This document shows positions 1 through 10,691 of a stretch of DNA of 64,000 bases, piece by piece. The translations under genes were made by a program, and so were the position numbers. The stretch is from NCBI GenBank assembly GCA_023267195.1, contig JAHFNT010000003.1, positions 10,841-74,840 on the forward strand. Direction: 5' to 3'. The notes below the pieces were generated by a model that did not search any database, was not told the origin of the DNA, and saw only the letters and a list, made by a program, of their open reading frames with translations. Position 1 is the first letter of the stretch, and each line of letters opens with the position of its first letter. This DNA is from Candidatus Nomurabacteria bacterium. Its GTDB lineage: Bacteria > Patescibacteriota > Minisyncoccia > Phycocordibacterales > UBA9973.

Positions 1-10
1 AAGTAAAATT

Positions 11-1228
11 TTATTCTATACTGCCTAAAATGGAATACAGCGGTGAAATCATGGAAATCGCAAAAAAGCCGACTGCGCCGCCAATAATAATCATCAGCAC
101 AGGTTCAATAATTGTAGAAAGGTTTTTGGTTTTATTTTCCACTTCTTCTTCATAAAATGAAGCGACCTGTAGAAGCATATCTGATAATTTTCCGGTTTCT
201 TCTCCCACTTCAATCATCTCCGACATCATGATGGGATACAGTTTGGTATTTTCTTTGAAAGCCTCAGAAAAAGGAGCTCCCTTTTCTATGATTGTTCTAG
301 CGTTAACTAAAACCTTTTTATAATAAATATTTTGTACAACATCTTCAGTAATTTCGAGCGCTCTAGTAATGGAAACTCCCGACAAAAGAAGCGAGGAGAT
401 GGTGCGAGAAGTGCGCGCGGTATTCAATTCTTGCGCCAAATTGCCGATAATTGGGAATTTTATTATTGCAAAATCAATATATCTTGCCATGAATTTCGCG
501 GTAAAAATAAAATAAACACCAAGTCCAGCACAAATTACAATTACAAAAGTTAAGATCAGATTATTGGAAAAAAAGTTCCCAAAAAAGATGATGATCCTAG
601 TTGAAAGAGGCAAAGTAACTCCCAATTCTTTGAAAGTGGAAGCTAAGGTCGGCACCACAAAAGCAAACATCAAAACACCAATCACGATCATTGCCGAGAG
701 AATAACCCCTGGATAAATGAGCGCCCCGCGTATCTTCTTCGTTAAAGAATGGGATTTTTCCAAATTGAGCGCTATGTCAGACAGGGCGCCGGCCAGATTT
801 CCAGATTCTTCCCCAGCTTTTACCATCGACACGAAAAGTTTCGAAAAAACATTGGGAAATTTTGCTAGCGCGGAAGAAAAAGTGTCGCCTGCATTTATGT
901 CGTTCGACAGAGAGGTAAATATTTTATCCAATTTTGGATTTTTGGTCTGCTTTTTTAAAACTGACACTGCTCGATAAAGCGAAAGACCAGCTCTGATCAT
1001 GCCGCTTAAATTTTTGGTTAAAATAATTTGCTCCGCAACGCTTACCCTGGAAAAAATGTCCAGAAGGGTAGAAAATCTAGCAACAAAATCTTTATTTTTT
1101 TCCGTAATTGAAACAGGAACGTAGCCACGAGACCGAAGGTCACGCGCCAGGGAAATGCGATCTTTGGCTTCAAGCTCGCCCTCCGTCGTCTCCCCTGTTT
1201 TTAATTTTGCGCTGTAGGCAAAAAGCAT
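11..1228 (-). CDS. pilC: Type IV pilus/T2SS inner-membrane platform protein (PilC/GspF family)
   Basis: Two T2SSF repeats (MVKAGEESGNL; MIEVGEETGKL), 3 TM segments, immediately downstream of pilB. Confidence 0.93.
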   Translation of the reverse strand: MLFAYSAKLKTGETTEGELEAKDRISLARDLRSRGYVPVSITEKNKDFVARFSTLLDIFSRVSVAEQIILTKNLSGMIRAGLSLYRAVSVLKKQTKNPKLDKIFTSLSNDINAGDTFSSALAKFPNVFSKLFVSMVKAGEESGNLAGALSDIALNLEKSHSLTKKIRGALIYPGVILSAMIVIGVLMFAFVVPTLASTFKELGVTLPLSTRIIIFFGNFFSNNLILTFVIVICAGLGVYFIFTAKFMARYIDFAIIKFPIIGNLAQELNTARTSRTISSLLLSGVSITRALEITEDVVQNIYYKKVLVNARTIIEKGAPFSEAFKENTKLYPIMMSEMIEVGEETGKLSDMLLQVASFYEEEVENKTKNLSTIIEPVLMIIIGGAVGFFAISMISPLYSILGSIE

Positions 1229-1241
1229 AATTAATTTTCGC

Positions 1242-3002
1242 TTATTCTGAAACTACTCGGAACACTTCTTCTAAAGTGGTCACGCCAAGCACCGCCTGGA
1301 AAACTCCGTCTTCAATCATCGTCATCATTCCCTCTTTTTTTGCCTGAATCTCTATTTCATCCTGCGAACTTCCGCCAATAATCATTTCTTTGATAGCGGG
1401 CGTCACTTTCAACACCTCATGCATGCCTATGCGATTTGAATAGCCATCTTCAAATTCAGTGCTTTTCTTTGCTTTATAAAATGGAATTTTCTCCCAAGTA
1501 TCATCGGCGCCGATTATATTTTCAGTTTTCAAAAATGAAAGTACGCGGTCTAAATCGACCACTTTACTGAGATTTTTTATTTCCGCCGGGGATAAAAAAT
1601 ACTTTTCCTTGGTGGGTGTGAGCTTGCGCACCAATCTTTGCGCAATAATTGTTTTTACGGTAGCAGTTATTAAAAAAGGTTCTACCCCCATATCGATCAT
1701 TCGGGGTATTGCCCCGGCGGCAGAGTTGGTATGAATCGTAGATAAAACCAAATGTCCGGTAAGCGAAGCATTGACCGCGAGCCCCGCTGTCTCTCCATCA
1801 CGAATCTCCCCCACCATTACAATATCCGGATCTTGGCGCAGTAAAGAACGAAGGCCGTTGGCAAAAGTGAGACCGATTTCTGGCTTGACCTGGGTTTGGT
1901 TAATTCTCGGCATTTGGTATTCAATCGGATCTTCCACAGTAGAAATATTTACTTCCGGCCTATTTAAAATATCAAGCATGGTATAGAGCGTAGTAGTCTT
2001 TCCACTGCCCGTTGGCCCGGTAGCCAAAATCATTCCAGTTTTTTGTTTTAGTGAATTATGGATTCTTTCTAGTCCCTCGCCATGGAAACCAAGCGTCTCT
2101 AGTGAAAATCCGTGCGAAGTTTCTTTTAAAATTCTGATAACCGTTTTTTCTCCAAAAAAGGTCGGTAGGGTGGAAACACGAAAAGAAATTTTCTCTCCGT
2201 TTTGCTCTATTTTAAACCTTCCATCTTGGGGCAATCTTTTTTCATCAAGTTTTAAGTTTGATAACACCTTTATACGAGCGGTGATTCCCAAACCTGCGCT
2301 TTTTTCCAACACCATCGCATCGTGCAATATGCCGTCTATCCGATAACGCACCGTGAGCTCATGTTCGCCTGGTTCAATATGGATATCAGACGCGTTTTGT
2401 AAAATCGCATGAAAAATTAAAGAGTCCACTATTTTTACCACCGGCAAATCCTCCGCCATCTCTTTTAATTCCGACTCAGATTTTTCTACTGGTTTATCGC
2501 CATCTTTTTTAGAAGAAACATCTATGGCATTTGATTCTTTTTGAATAATATCTTGGAATTCTGCTTTCAGACTTTGCCGATACTGCACCAATACGGCTTT
2601 AATAGAAGAATTATCGGTCAGACGCGGTAAAATTTTTAAGCCTGAACGTTTCTTGATAAAATCAATTACCGGCAAATCGTCTACATCTAGCATTGCCACC
2701 TCTAGACCATTTTCACTCTTTTTGTAGGCGACAATGTTGTAATTGCGAGCAATTGGTTCTGGAATAAGAGAAAGTACAGAAAAATCTATTTTTTGATTTT
2801 TTAAATCAATAAAAGGTATGCCAAGCACAAATGCCTCCATTCTTTTCAAGTCCGTCTCAGATATTTTCCCTTCTGAAAGCAAAACATTGCCGATCTTTTG
2901 CTTAGTATCTAGAGCCTTTTTGGCCACCTCTTCAAAATCTGTTTTAGATACAAGCCCTGCTTCTAAAATAAATTTTTTTAACTGATCCTCGTTGATTTGC
3001 AT
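1242..3002 (-). CDS. pilB: Type IV pilus assembly ATPase (PilB/GspE)
   Basis: ASDIHIEP, Walker A GPTGSGKT, TVEDPIEY, LRQDPDIVMVGEIRD, LSTIHTN. Confidence 0.95.
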   Translation of the reverse strand: MQINEDQLKKFILEAGLVSKTDFEEVAKKALDTKQKIGNVLLSEGKISETDLKRMEAFVLGIPFIDLKNQKIDFSVLSLIPEPIARNYNIVAYKKSENGLEVAMLDVDDLPVIDFIKKRSGLKILPRLTDNSSIKAVLVQYRQSLKAEFQDIIQKESNAIDVSSKKDGDKPVEKSESELKEMAEDLPVVKIVDSLIFHAILQNASDIHIEPGEHELTVRYRIDGILHDAMVLEKSAGLGITARIKVLSNLKLDEKRLPQDGRFKIEQNGEKISFRVSTLPTFFGEKTVIRILKETSHGFSLETLGFHGEGLERIHNSLKQKTGMILATGPTGSGKTTTLYTMLDILNRPEVNISTVEDPIEYQMPRINQTQVKPEIGLTFANGLRSLLRQDPDIVMVGEIRDGETAGLAVNASLTGHLVLSTIHTNSAAGAIPRMIDMGVEPFLITATVKTIIAQRLVRKLTPTKEKYFLSPAEIKNLSKVVDLDRVLSFLKTENIIGADDTWEKIPFYKAKKSTEFEDGYSNRIGMHEVLKVTPAIKEMIIGGSSQDEIEIQAKKEGMMTMIEDGVFQAVLGVTTLEEVFRVVSE

Positions 3003-3013
3003 TGCTTATATTA

Positions 3014-3059
3014 TAGCAAAAAATTCCCGCGAACGTTAGAGAGCGGGAATTTTTTGCTA
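3014..3059 (-). terminator. Intrinsic terminator after the giant surface-protein gene
   Basis: 17-bp inverted repeat TAGCAAAAAATTCCCGC...GCGGGAATTTTTTGCTA. Confidence 0.8.
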
Positions 3060-3076
3060 ACTTTTTTATTAATCTG

Positions 3077-6000
3077 CTAATCTTCTATAAAGATCGGTAT
3101 CTTTTTGAATTCCAAACACGATGCGCCTCCACAAGACCATGTCCAAGCGGAGACACCGCTCGCCGCATCACCATTGTAATTGCCTTTAGTACAATTATTG
3201 TGTTTCAGGGCGCAAACGCCTCCACCCCAAGTATTAAACTTGCAGGAAGTGCTACATCCAACTGGTTCAGAATCGCCATTTAAATCTCCATAATCACAAT
3301 CTTCACCCGATTCCACTATACCATTTCCACAAACACCATTTTTTAATTCAACGCACGAAGGAAAAGCATTTGATCCGCCATTTATACCATTGCAATCCCA
3401 AGTATAGTCAGTAGCACTTTCTCTGTTATTGACACTAGTACCAGATACGCAAGCCCAGTGGATAATATCACAAACGCCATCAATGGGAGTCGCTATGCAC
3501 TTGCCTGTACCCGGATCCCATTCGGTGCCAGATGCACAACTGGAGAACACATTACTTAAAGCAAGCTGAACTCCATCATTGTAGAGATAAAAAGTTTCAA
3601 AATTATACTTGACCGCAAAAGGAACATTTGTCCCATTATTACCAGTAGCTACAGTGACACTGGGGGCTTTAGTAACTTCTGAAGTGCCTACTGGATTAGT
3701 CGTAGTCCAGGAAAAATTTATATTGCAACTGCTTGCTCCGAGCGGAATCGTGCAGGAAGGAACGGCAGGAGTAAGCGTGCCGGACATGCTGACAGGAAGG
3801 TCTGTAACAATCACATCTGTCCAAGGTCCGCAGTTATTGCCTTCGTTTGATTCGGCAATTACTCCTTGGCTCGAGGAATCTGTTTTGTCGGCACATGCCC
3901 TAATAGGATATTTCCCATTAGTGGTAAAAGTATAAGTATAAGATTGGGTCGTCACATTACTTGCGCCAGCGCCGAGAGCTGGCATTGGTGTCGCAGGAAG
4001 ATCCTCAACATTTAAACCTCTATTAGTAATCGGTATCTGAACCTGAAAGAAATTGGAGAAACTTTGGCCAGTCGAGGTGTCACCAAGGTTAGAAATAGTC
4101 GAAGAATATATTTGAGGCACACCCACCGTAGCTGTAGTTGGAGTTGTTGCGGAGGCGGTAAGATCTATCCCCGGAGGTAAAGCCGCAGCAACATTCACCG
4201 CTGTCCAGGAAGATGAGCAGTTGTTTCCTTCATTCGATTCAGTCACTGTGCCGACAAATGAAGCATTGTTGTCAGCGCAGGCTCGCATGTATTTGGTACC
4301 GACAGAAGTAAAGGTGTGAGGAGTTGAAATCACTACACTGCCGCCGGATGCGGACAAGGTACTAGTAGTTTGAACAATACTTGTTGTTTCGTTGCCACTA
4401 GCATGATTAGCATCTTCGTCAAACTGGTATAAATGCGTGATTGTTCCGGTTGCCGAGGTAGTGCCAATATTGGAAATTGTGGCGGTATAATTTTGAGCGA
4501 CATTAACAACCCCGGTGTTAGGAGAAGTGACGGAAGCAGTGAGGTCGGGGGCAAGTGGCGCTGTGACCGTTACTGTTGCACTAGAAGGACCCCCAGTACC
4601 ATTAGTATTTGTACAAGTCATTGTATAGGTGTAAGTCTTTATTTGTGTAAGCACCCCTTGAGAAATATTTGTTCCACTCACCGCATCGCCATTAGTATTT
4701 GTCCAATCTCCTCCGGTAAATGCACAAGAGGTTGGGTTGTTGGTAGCCGACCAAGTAAGCGCCGGGTTGACCACATTCACCACTCCAGAAGCCGGGTTAG
4801 CTGAAATAGTCACCACCGGCACGGGAACGGTTGTGACCACAATTGGCGTCCAAGCATAACAATTATTATTTTCATTAAACTCATTAACTACACCAAAATC
4901 GTACGGTGGTAAATCCGCGCAGACACGTAGGTAGTAAGTGCCAGCCGAGGAGAAAGTAAGCGATTTAAATATGGTAGTTGAATTTGGGACAGAACCATAT
5001 GGATCCCCGAGAGCTGGCGTTGCTACTGAATAGTTTGTAGGGTTGCTACCGCTTGCAGAACTGGAGACCTGGAAAAGAGAAGTGGAAGCGCTAGCAGAAA
5101 CTTCCCCATTATTTTTAATCGAGGCAAAATAATTTTGGGCTACATTTACGGTTGCGGTAGTTGGAGAAAGCGAAAGAACAGTTAGATCCGGCAGGAGACA
5201 AAACGGCGGAGCAGTAGCTGAGGCTTGAGCAGAATTTGGAGAAGTTCCAACAGTGTTTACCGCTTGCACCACGTAATAATAGCCAGTACTTGGAGTCAGG
5301 GAATTGCTGTCAGTGTAGGAAGTGCCAACGATACCACTAGCAAGCAAGGTATAACCGCTACCAGAAGTGGTACTGCGAAGCACTTTGTAACTTTCTGCTC
5401 CTGTCGATGCATTCCAGGATAAGTTAATCATACCAGTTCCACAACTTCCTGCAGAAGCAGAAAGATTGGTCGGCGCTAACGGCGCAGTACCGGACACTGC
5501 TACATCTCTCCAGTCTGAACAATTATTATTTTCGTTCGTTTCACTAACTACTCCACTTGAAGCAGAATTTGTTTTGTCGGCACAAACACGAACATAAAAT
5601 GTTCCCGGATAATCAGCAGTTATGGCAGGAGAAACTGCAGCAGTTGTGCCCCCGGCCGCAAGTGCACTGACAGTACTTGATGGAAGATCATTTAGAGTTC
5701 CCCCGCCATTCGGCTCAGTGGATGTCTGGAAAAAATAGGAGAAGGAAGCATTAGTAGATTCGTTGCCAACATTTGAAATTGTTGAATTGTATGTTTGAGG
5801 AACTCCCACCTGCGCCGTAGCTGGAGTAGGTAAAGAAGCAGTTAGATCCGGACCAGTTGGCGGAGAGGCAACCACGTACGCGCTTCCCGCAGGGCCAGCG
5901 CCGCTAATATTTGAACAAGTTAAGGTGTAGGTGTATGTTCCGGCTGATGGCAATACTCCTTGAGATACGCTTGAACCACTGACTGGTTTTGAACCGTTCC

Positions 6001-9000
6001 AATCACCCGAGGCGGTACAGGAACTAGGATTATTGGTCGCACTCCAAGTGATAGCTGGGTTAATACTCCCTGTTGTACCAGTACTAGGGGTGGCTGAAAT
6101 AGTTACTATCGGTACAGGAATCGTGGCCACCACCATTGCAGTCGCTTCTGCGCTATCTCCGCCAGCGTTGGAACAAACTAAACTATAGTTATATATTTTT
6201 TGTATTGGGAGTACTCCTTGCGACACACTAGTACCACTAACTGCTCCTCCGTTGGTATTGGTCCAGTTCCCAGAAAAAGTACAGGAGGTCGGATTGTTTG
6301 TAGCGCTCCAGGTTATAGCTGGGTTAATAGTTTGTGCTGGACCAGAAGCTGGAGAAACAGAAATAGTTACTACTGGTACAGGAGGAAGGGGTGGCTGACA
6401 CATACCTCCAATCCAACTTGTTCCTGATACACAAGTTGCGTAAGCTGTAGCGCTGGCTAGCGTTTCGCCATTGTTATTTAAAAAGAAATCTCTTAGACCG
6501 AAAGATGTTTGAACGGGATAGAAAGTTACTGGAATAGATACAGTGCCAGAATTGCCATTCCCAACTACAGTATTTGGGTTTTCCCTGTTTGAAGTGACAT
6601 TCGAAATACCAACTGGGTTTGTCGTATTCCAAGCCAAAGTCGTATTACAAGAACTAGCGCCGGAGGCAATTGTGCAGTTTGAAGCGGTCAAACTTCCGGA
6701 CATAACAGGCTTATCTTCGGAACATGAGGGAGAGGTATTGGACCCACCATTTTCGCCATTACAATTCCACAGATATTGTGTCGCGGAGTCTGGAATATCA
6801 CTTAAAATTCCTGCCTGACAAGCATTCACACTGACTCCACAGACGCCATTTACTGGACTACCTGGTGTGGTTTGACACATATTTTTTACTGCATTCCAAG
6901 TCGTACCCGAAGCGCAATTGGCGCTGACAATTGTTGTAGCTAGGGTACTTGAGTTATTAACCAAGCTGCAATTAACTGTGGGACTACTGTGAGAAATAGT
7001 TATAGACTGTGAACCAGAATTGGCGGTTATTGAACTAGGCGTAGCCCCCGGACAGGAAACAGTGGAAGTGCCAACCGGATAACTTGTATTCCAAGTCAAA
7101 GTTGAAGTACAAGAGTTTGCCCCAGAATTAATAGAACAGTTGGCGGGTGAAGCACTCAAGGTTCCGGATGTGAAGTTTTCTTGAACAAAGCTTGCCAGAA
7201 CTGCACATTCGGCATTAATAGGCCCAGTAGTATAAGTATTGCCAGCAAGAGAACCCCCGCAACCTGAAACCAAAGAAGTATATCCGGTATTGGGAGTAAC
7301 GGTAAAGGTTGTCGTGTTGCCCGCCGTCACCGTCCTAGAAGCAGGTGAAATAGATCCATTGGGACCGGCTGTGGCGGCGACACTATATGAGATCGAAGAT
7401 TTTGGCGCAGTGCAGGAAACACTTACTCCTCCATTTGACCCGTTGCAATCCCATCTATATTGGGTTGAAGTATCGCCAGTAGTACCACTGCTGGTACCCG
7501 CATCACAAGTGTAAGCAACCGCTGGGACTGAACAAGCGCCATTTATTGGGGAAGATGACGTCGCGCAAATTGTTCCATTCCAAAAAGTACCCGTATCACA
7601 GGAAGAAGTAACAGTTATACCGGCACCATTTGGCGATGTTGGAACAAGTGATTTGGCGTTGTTGTATAAATAAAAAGTTCTACTGCTGTAAGGAACAGTT
7701 AAAGTTTGACTGCCTGATGTGCCAGATAAATTTATATTTGACATTCCAGTTGCAGTGATAGCTGAACTTGCTGATTCTGGACTTGCCACACTCCAAGTTG
7801 AACCGACAGTACAACTACTCTGCCCTAAGGCGATGGTGCAAGAAGAAGATGCAGGAACAAGAGTACCGGTCATAGAAGGACATGGACTGGTAGTAAATGT
7901 TACATCTGTTCCAGCTCCAGTACCCACGCTGTTTACGGCATACGCGCGAAAATGATAAGCGGTATTGCATGTCAACCCGCTTACGTTTTGTGTAAAGTTT
8001 CCTGTTCCAAAACTTCCAGACTGAGGATAAGGACTTCCATAACTCGTACTGGTACCAAAATCAAAACCTCTTTGAGTTGCATTTACTCCTCCAGTATTTG
8101 TTATATTTCCATTTAGAGCGGCAGAAGTTTGAGTTACATTTGTAGCTGAGTTGGTGGTGACAGAGGGATCTATGATCGAGGATGATGTAAACGAAAAAGA
8201 AATATTACAGTCTTGGGTAATAGCCCCTGTGGTATATACACTACCAGATGTAAATGATCCTTTAATTGGACAGTAGTCCTGCACAATACTAGACAATGAT
8301 GAATTAACGCTAAAGAATGTGGTATCCCCATACACTACTGATCTAGATCCTGGAGATACTGTACCACCAGACCCATAACTTGCAGTAACAGTATGCGGTT
8401 GGACAGTATACACAGGACTAGAACAACTAGCTGAATTGCCAGCTAGATCTGTAATAGTAACACTACAAGAACTTCCAGCTGAAGCTGTACAAGTTCCACC
8501 GGCTACGTTTATGCCACTCTGCCCGCTAATACCACTGGCAGGCGCATCGGTTGCGCCGGAAAGTGTGTATGTAGGCCCTGATCCACTCCAATTTGCACTG
8601 CTAGGACTAGGACAAATAGGATCAAGCGTATCTATTCTATTCACCGGACTTTGACATGTAGTAAAATTTTGGGTTACTGATGGACAAGGAGTGAAGTATT
8701 GATAACTGGTAGTATCAATACAAGAGGCAGTACATGTAGCGTCATTAGAAGTACCAGTAGTACAACTACTTGTATGGTTAAGCGTACTGCTCCCATCGGT
8801 ATAACTTTGATTTAAAGTAAAATATTGAGAGCTCGCAGTTGTTTTCCAAGGAATAGGAGAAGCTGGGGTCCAAGTGGCTGGGTATGCAACACATTCTGCA
8901 TTAGTAGTTGGCTGTAAAGAAATAGTAACAGTTTTAGTGGGGCCATCGTAAGGGTCTGGTTGACAATTTTGCGCGATAAAGACAGCAATTTGCGCATTGG

Positions 9001-9316
9001 TGGTTATCGGGCTTGTGGTATAAGTTCTCCCGGTCGCATTTGGCCCAACATAATTATTTGATCCGCCAGGATAAGTAATATTATTCTGCGATCCTGGCTC
9101 CGCAACTGTGTATACCGTAAAAGTAAGCGTGTTTCCGGAAGCAACTTGCACTGAGCTATCTGTTGTATAATTATTTCCGTTGATGCTGAATGTTACGCCT
9201 GGGTCACCCACCGCACTACAGAGCGCAATTGCTTGTGCTCTATTAGAATTAAAATTAAAAACTCCAGTTAGAATAAAAATCAAAAAGAAGATAATTCTTA
9301 AAAATTTATTTTTCAT
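3077..9316 (-). CDS. Giant secreted Ser/Thr/Cys-rich surface protein with CARDB, FN3/Ig-like and Cys-rich repeats
   Basis: Signal peptide from MKNK (9316); four PDL/IDL-T...E.NE.NNC CARDB-type modules; FN3-like APTNLSA...YYYVVQAVN; repeated CTIxxGxSSC and NGxC..WxCNGxNGG units; CGNGIVESGEDCD. Confidence 0.85.
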   Translation of the reverse strand: MKNKFLRIIFFLIFILTGVFNFNSNRAQAIALCSAVGDPGVTFSINGNNYTTDSSVQVASGNTLTFTVYTVAEPGSQNNITYPGGSNNYVGPNATGRTYTTSPITTNAQIAVFIAQNCQPDPYDGPTKTVTISLQPTTNAECVAYPATWTPASPIPWKTTASSQYFTLNQSYTDGSSTLNHTSSCTTGTSNDATCTASCIDTTSYQYFTPCPSVTQNFTTCQSPVNRIDTLDPICPSPSSANWSGSGPTYTLSGATDAPASGISGQSGINVAGGTCTASAGSSCSVTITDLAGNSASCSSPVYTVQPHTVTASYGSGGTVSPGSRSVVYGDTTFFSVNSSLSSIVQDYCPIKGSFTSGSVYTTGAITQDCNISFSFTSSSIIDPSVTTNSATNVTQTSAALNGNITNTGGVNATQRGFDFGTSTSYGSPYPQSGSFGTGNFTQNVSGLTCNTAYHFRAYAVNSVGTGAGTDVTFTTSPCPSMTGTLVPASSSCTIALGQSSCTVGSTWSVASPESASSAITATGMSNINLSGTSGSQTLTVPYSSRTFYLYNNAKSLVPTSPNGAGITVTSSCDTGTFWNGTICATSSSPINGACSVPAVAYTCDAGTSSGTTGDTSTQYRWDCNGSNGGVSVSCTAPKSSISYSVAATAGPNGSISPASRTVTAGNTTTFTVTPNTGYTSLVSGCGGSLAGNTYTTGPINAECAVLASFVQENFTSGTLSASPANCSINSGANSCTSTLTWNTSYPVGTSTVSCPGATPSSITANSGSQSITISHSSPTVNCSLVNNSSTLATTIVSANCASGTTWNAVKNMCQTTPGSPVNGVCGVSVNACQAGILSDIPDSATQYLWNCNGENGGSNTSPSCSEDKPVMSGSLTASNCTIASGASSCNTTLAWNTTNPVGISNVTSNRENPNTVVGNGNSGTVSIPVTFYPVQTSFGLRDFFLNNNGETLASATAYATCVSGTSWIGGMCQPPLPPVPVVTISVSPASGPAQTINPAITWSATNNPTSCTFSGNWTNTNGGAVSGTSVSQGVLPIQKIYNYSLVCSNAGGDSAEATAMVVATIPVPIVTISATPSTGTTGSINPAITWSATNNPSSCTASGDWNGSKPVSGSSVSQGVLPSAGTYTYTLTCSNISGAGPAGSAYVVASPPTGPDLTASLPTPATAQVGVPQTYNSTISNVGNESTNASFSYFFQTSTEPNGGGTLNDLPSSTVSALAAGGTTAAVSPAITADYPGTFYVRVCADKTNSASSGVVSETNENNNCSDWRDVAVSGTAPLAPTNLSASAGSCGTGMINLSWNASTGAESYKVLRSTTSGSGYTLLASGIVGTSYTDSNSLTPSTGYYYVVQAVNTVGTSPNSAQASATAPPFCLLPDLTVLSLSPTTATVNVAQNYFASIKNNGEVSASASTSLFQVSSSASGSNPTNYSVATPALGDPYGSVPNSTTIFKSLTFSSAGTYYLRVCADLPPYDFGVVNEFNENNNCYAWTPIVVTTVPVPVVTISANPASGVVNVVNPALTWSATNNPTSCAFTGGDWTNTNGDAVSGTNISQGVLTQIKTYTYTMTCTNTNGTGGPSSATVTVTAPLAPDLTASVTSPNTGVVNVAQNYTATISNIGTTSATGTITHLYQFDEDANHASGNETTSIVQTTSTLSASGGSVVISTPHTFTSVGTKYMRACADNNASFVGTVTESNEGNNCSSSWTAVNVAAALPPGIDLTASATTPTTATVGVPQIYSSTISNLGDTSTGQSFSNFFQVQIPITNRGLNVEDLPATPMPALGAGASNVTTQSYTYTFTTNGKYPIRACADKTDSSSQGVIAESNEGNNCGPWTDVIVTDLPVSMSGTLTPAVPSCTIPLGASSCNINFSWTTTNPVGTSEVTKAPSVTVATGNNGTNVPFAVKYNFETFYLYNDGVQLALSNVFSSCASGTEWDPGTGKCIATPIDGVCDIIHWACVSGTSVNNRESATDYTWDCNGINGGSNAFPSCVELKNGVCGNGIVESGEDCDYGDLNGDSEPVGCSTSCKFNTWGGGVCALKHNNCTKGNYNGDAASGVSAWTWSCGGASCLEFKKIPIFIED

Positions 9317-9440
9317 ATTTATTTTTTCTCCGCTCCCATGGTTTAATAATACTTTCAATTGTACTACAAAAAATGTAAAAAGTTATCTAAAAAGTTATCC
9401 ACATAATTTAAAAAATTTAAAATTATAAATTTAGGCAAAT

Positions 9441-9488
9441 TAAAACGAGAAAGCGGCGTGGCCTCCAGAGGAAGCTCGCCGCTCTCTC
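9441..9488 (-). terminator. GC-rich bulged terminal hairpin of GC-rich unit A
   Basis: Minus strand GAGAGAGCGGCG-A-GCTTCC-TCT-GGAGGC-CA-CGCCGCTTTCTC-GTTTTA. Confidence 0.7.
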
Positions 9489-9567
9489 AACCGCGCGATT
9501 GTGCGCAGTCGAGTGATGTGAGGGGGAAGAAGGGCCCCCTCGATCCCTTGCTCTAACCTATCAGGGG

Positions 9568-10347
9568 CTAGTTAGTGGGTGGCCGATAAACGGCCACCAC
9601 CCGGCTGGAGCAACGACCTCCTTCGCAGTAGGTCATGACCCAGTCGTTGTTAGGAAGGCTCCCCATGGAGATCTTCCCGTTGACGATTGGGACTTTGTTC
9701 CCCCCGAGAGTTACCACGGGGGGGGTCACCGAGACCGTCGGTACAGAGACGTTGATTTCGGACCCGTCCTCAGAGGGCCAGGCCCGAACGAACGGCCCAC
9801 ACGCGGGGGCCGCCGCCATCCGCACAGGCACCTCGGCAGACACGAACGAAACAGCACCAGTGGTCCCGTCAGTGATCACCGCCTCGAAAGCCGTAACCCC
9901 AACCGGCCAGGGGTCAGGGAACTTGGAACCCCAGAGCTGGGACCACCAGGTCCCACCACCCGAACCCGCCGGCACAGTGAAGCTGTTAAGCGGGATTGTT
10001 GCCCTCGAGGGCAGCACGATGTTGAAAAGGATCGTGCTTCCCTCGGGAAGCGGGTCGAACTGGTAGAAGTTCACGTGGGTTATCCGGGCGAATCCCGGGG
10101 GACCCACGAAAGAGACCTCGATTGTGGCGTTAGCCGGCGTCATCGCCGGCTCTGCAGCCCTGATCGAGGACCGAGAGCCGATATGAGTGGTGATGATGCC
10201 ACTCGTACCGTCGGTCAGCATGTCACCGGCGAAGTCTTCTGTGCCCGAAGGCACCAACTCAGCCAGCGACCGCCGAGGAGCCGTGGGCTGCGTGGCGTCC
10301 ACAGAGGACGCCAGCAGAAAGAAGAGGGTAACGAGAGTGGCGCGCAT
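9568..10347 (-). CDS. GC-rich orphan secreted protein (unit A), 259 aa
   Basis: Signal peptide MRATLVTLFFLLASSVDA; SD AAAGGAGG at 10353-10360; GC 58-77% in two sampled 60-nt lines. Confidence 0.8.
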   Translation of the reverse strand: MRATLVTLFFLLASSVDATQPTAPRRSLAELVPSGTEDFAGDMLTDGTSGIITTHIGSRSSIRAAEPAMTPANATIEVSFVGPPGFARITHVNFYQFDPLPEGSTILFNIVLPSRATIPLNSFTVPAGSGGGTWWSQLWGSKFPDPWPVGVTAFEAVITDGTTGAVSFVSAEVPVRMAAAPACGPFVRAWPSEDGSEINVSVPTVSVTPPVVTLGGNKVPIVNGKISMGSLPNNDWVMTYCEGGRCSSRVVAVYRPPTN

Positions 10348-10447
10348 GGCGCCCTCCTTTCCGACCCGCCTTTCTTTGCGGATCTGTTGTTAGTCTACTC
10401 TTCTGTTGTCGACGAACCGACAACCGAAGAACCAGTAATTCCTTATG

Positions 10448-10476
10448 AGTATACCATAAAAAAGTAAAAAACACAA
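10448..10476 (-). promoter_or_regulatory. sigma70-type promoter of unit A
   Basis: TTGTGT-N17-TATACT with extended TG. Confidence 0.6.
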
Positions 10477-10540
10477 TTGCAAGTGGATAACCTGTGGACA
10501 ATTTTTGCCGTATACTGTCAATGTTTTTGGCTCGAATTCT

Positions 10541-10578
10541 CCCCTCTCCTTACTAAGGGGAGGGGTTTTGGGTAAGGT
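10541..10578 (+). repeat. Palindromic REP-like element, family 1
   Basis: CCCCTCTCCTT-ACT-AAGGGGAGGGG-TTTT-GGGTAAGGT; resembles 20347-20380 and 51798-51833. Confidence 0.7.
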
Positions 10579-10601
10579 GAGTGGGGCTATGGGAAAACAA
10601 T

Positions 10602-10670
10602 TTGCATTAAAACACACTCTGTGATAAACTTCTCTACGTACGAGTCCTGCGAAACAGGGCTTTATTTTTT
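10602..10670 (+). promoter_or_regulatory. nusA promoter and terminator-like leader hairpin
   Basis: TTGCAT-N17-TAAACT (10602-10630), then GAGTCCTG-CGAAA-CAGGGCTT-TATTTTTT. Confidence 0.6.
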
Positions 10671-10691
10671 ACCAAAATTTAATAAAAATTT

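Noticed and set aside
9635-10501. Alternative ORFs over unit A, and likewise over unit B, 32338-32550 (+) and 60915-61145 (-)
   Set aside because: High GC creates spurious open frames; only the chosen frames have promoter, SD and terminator in register
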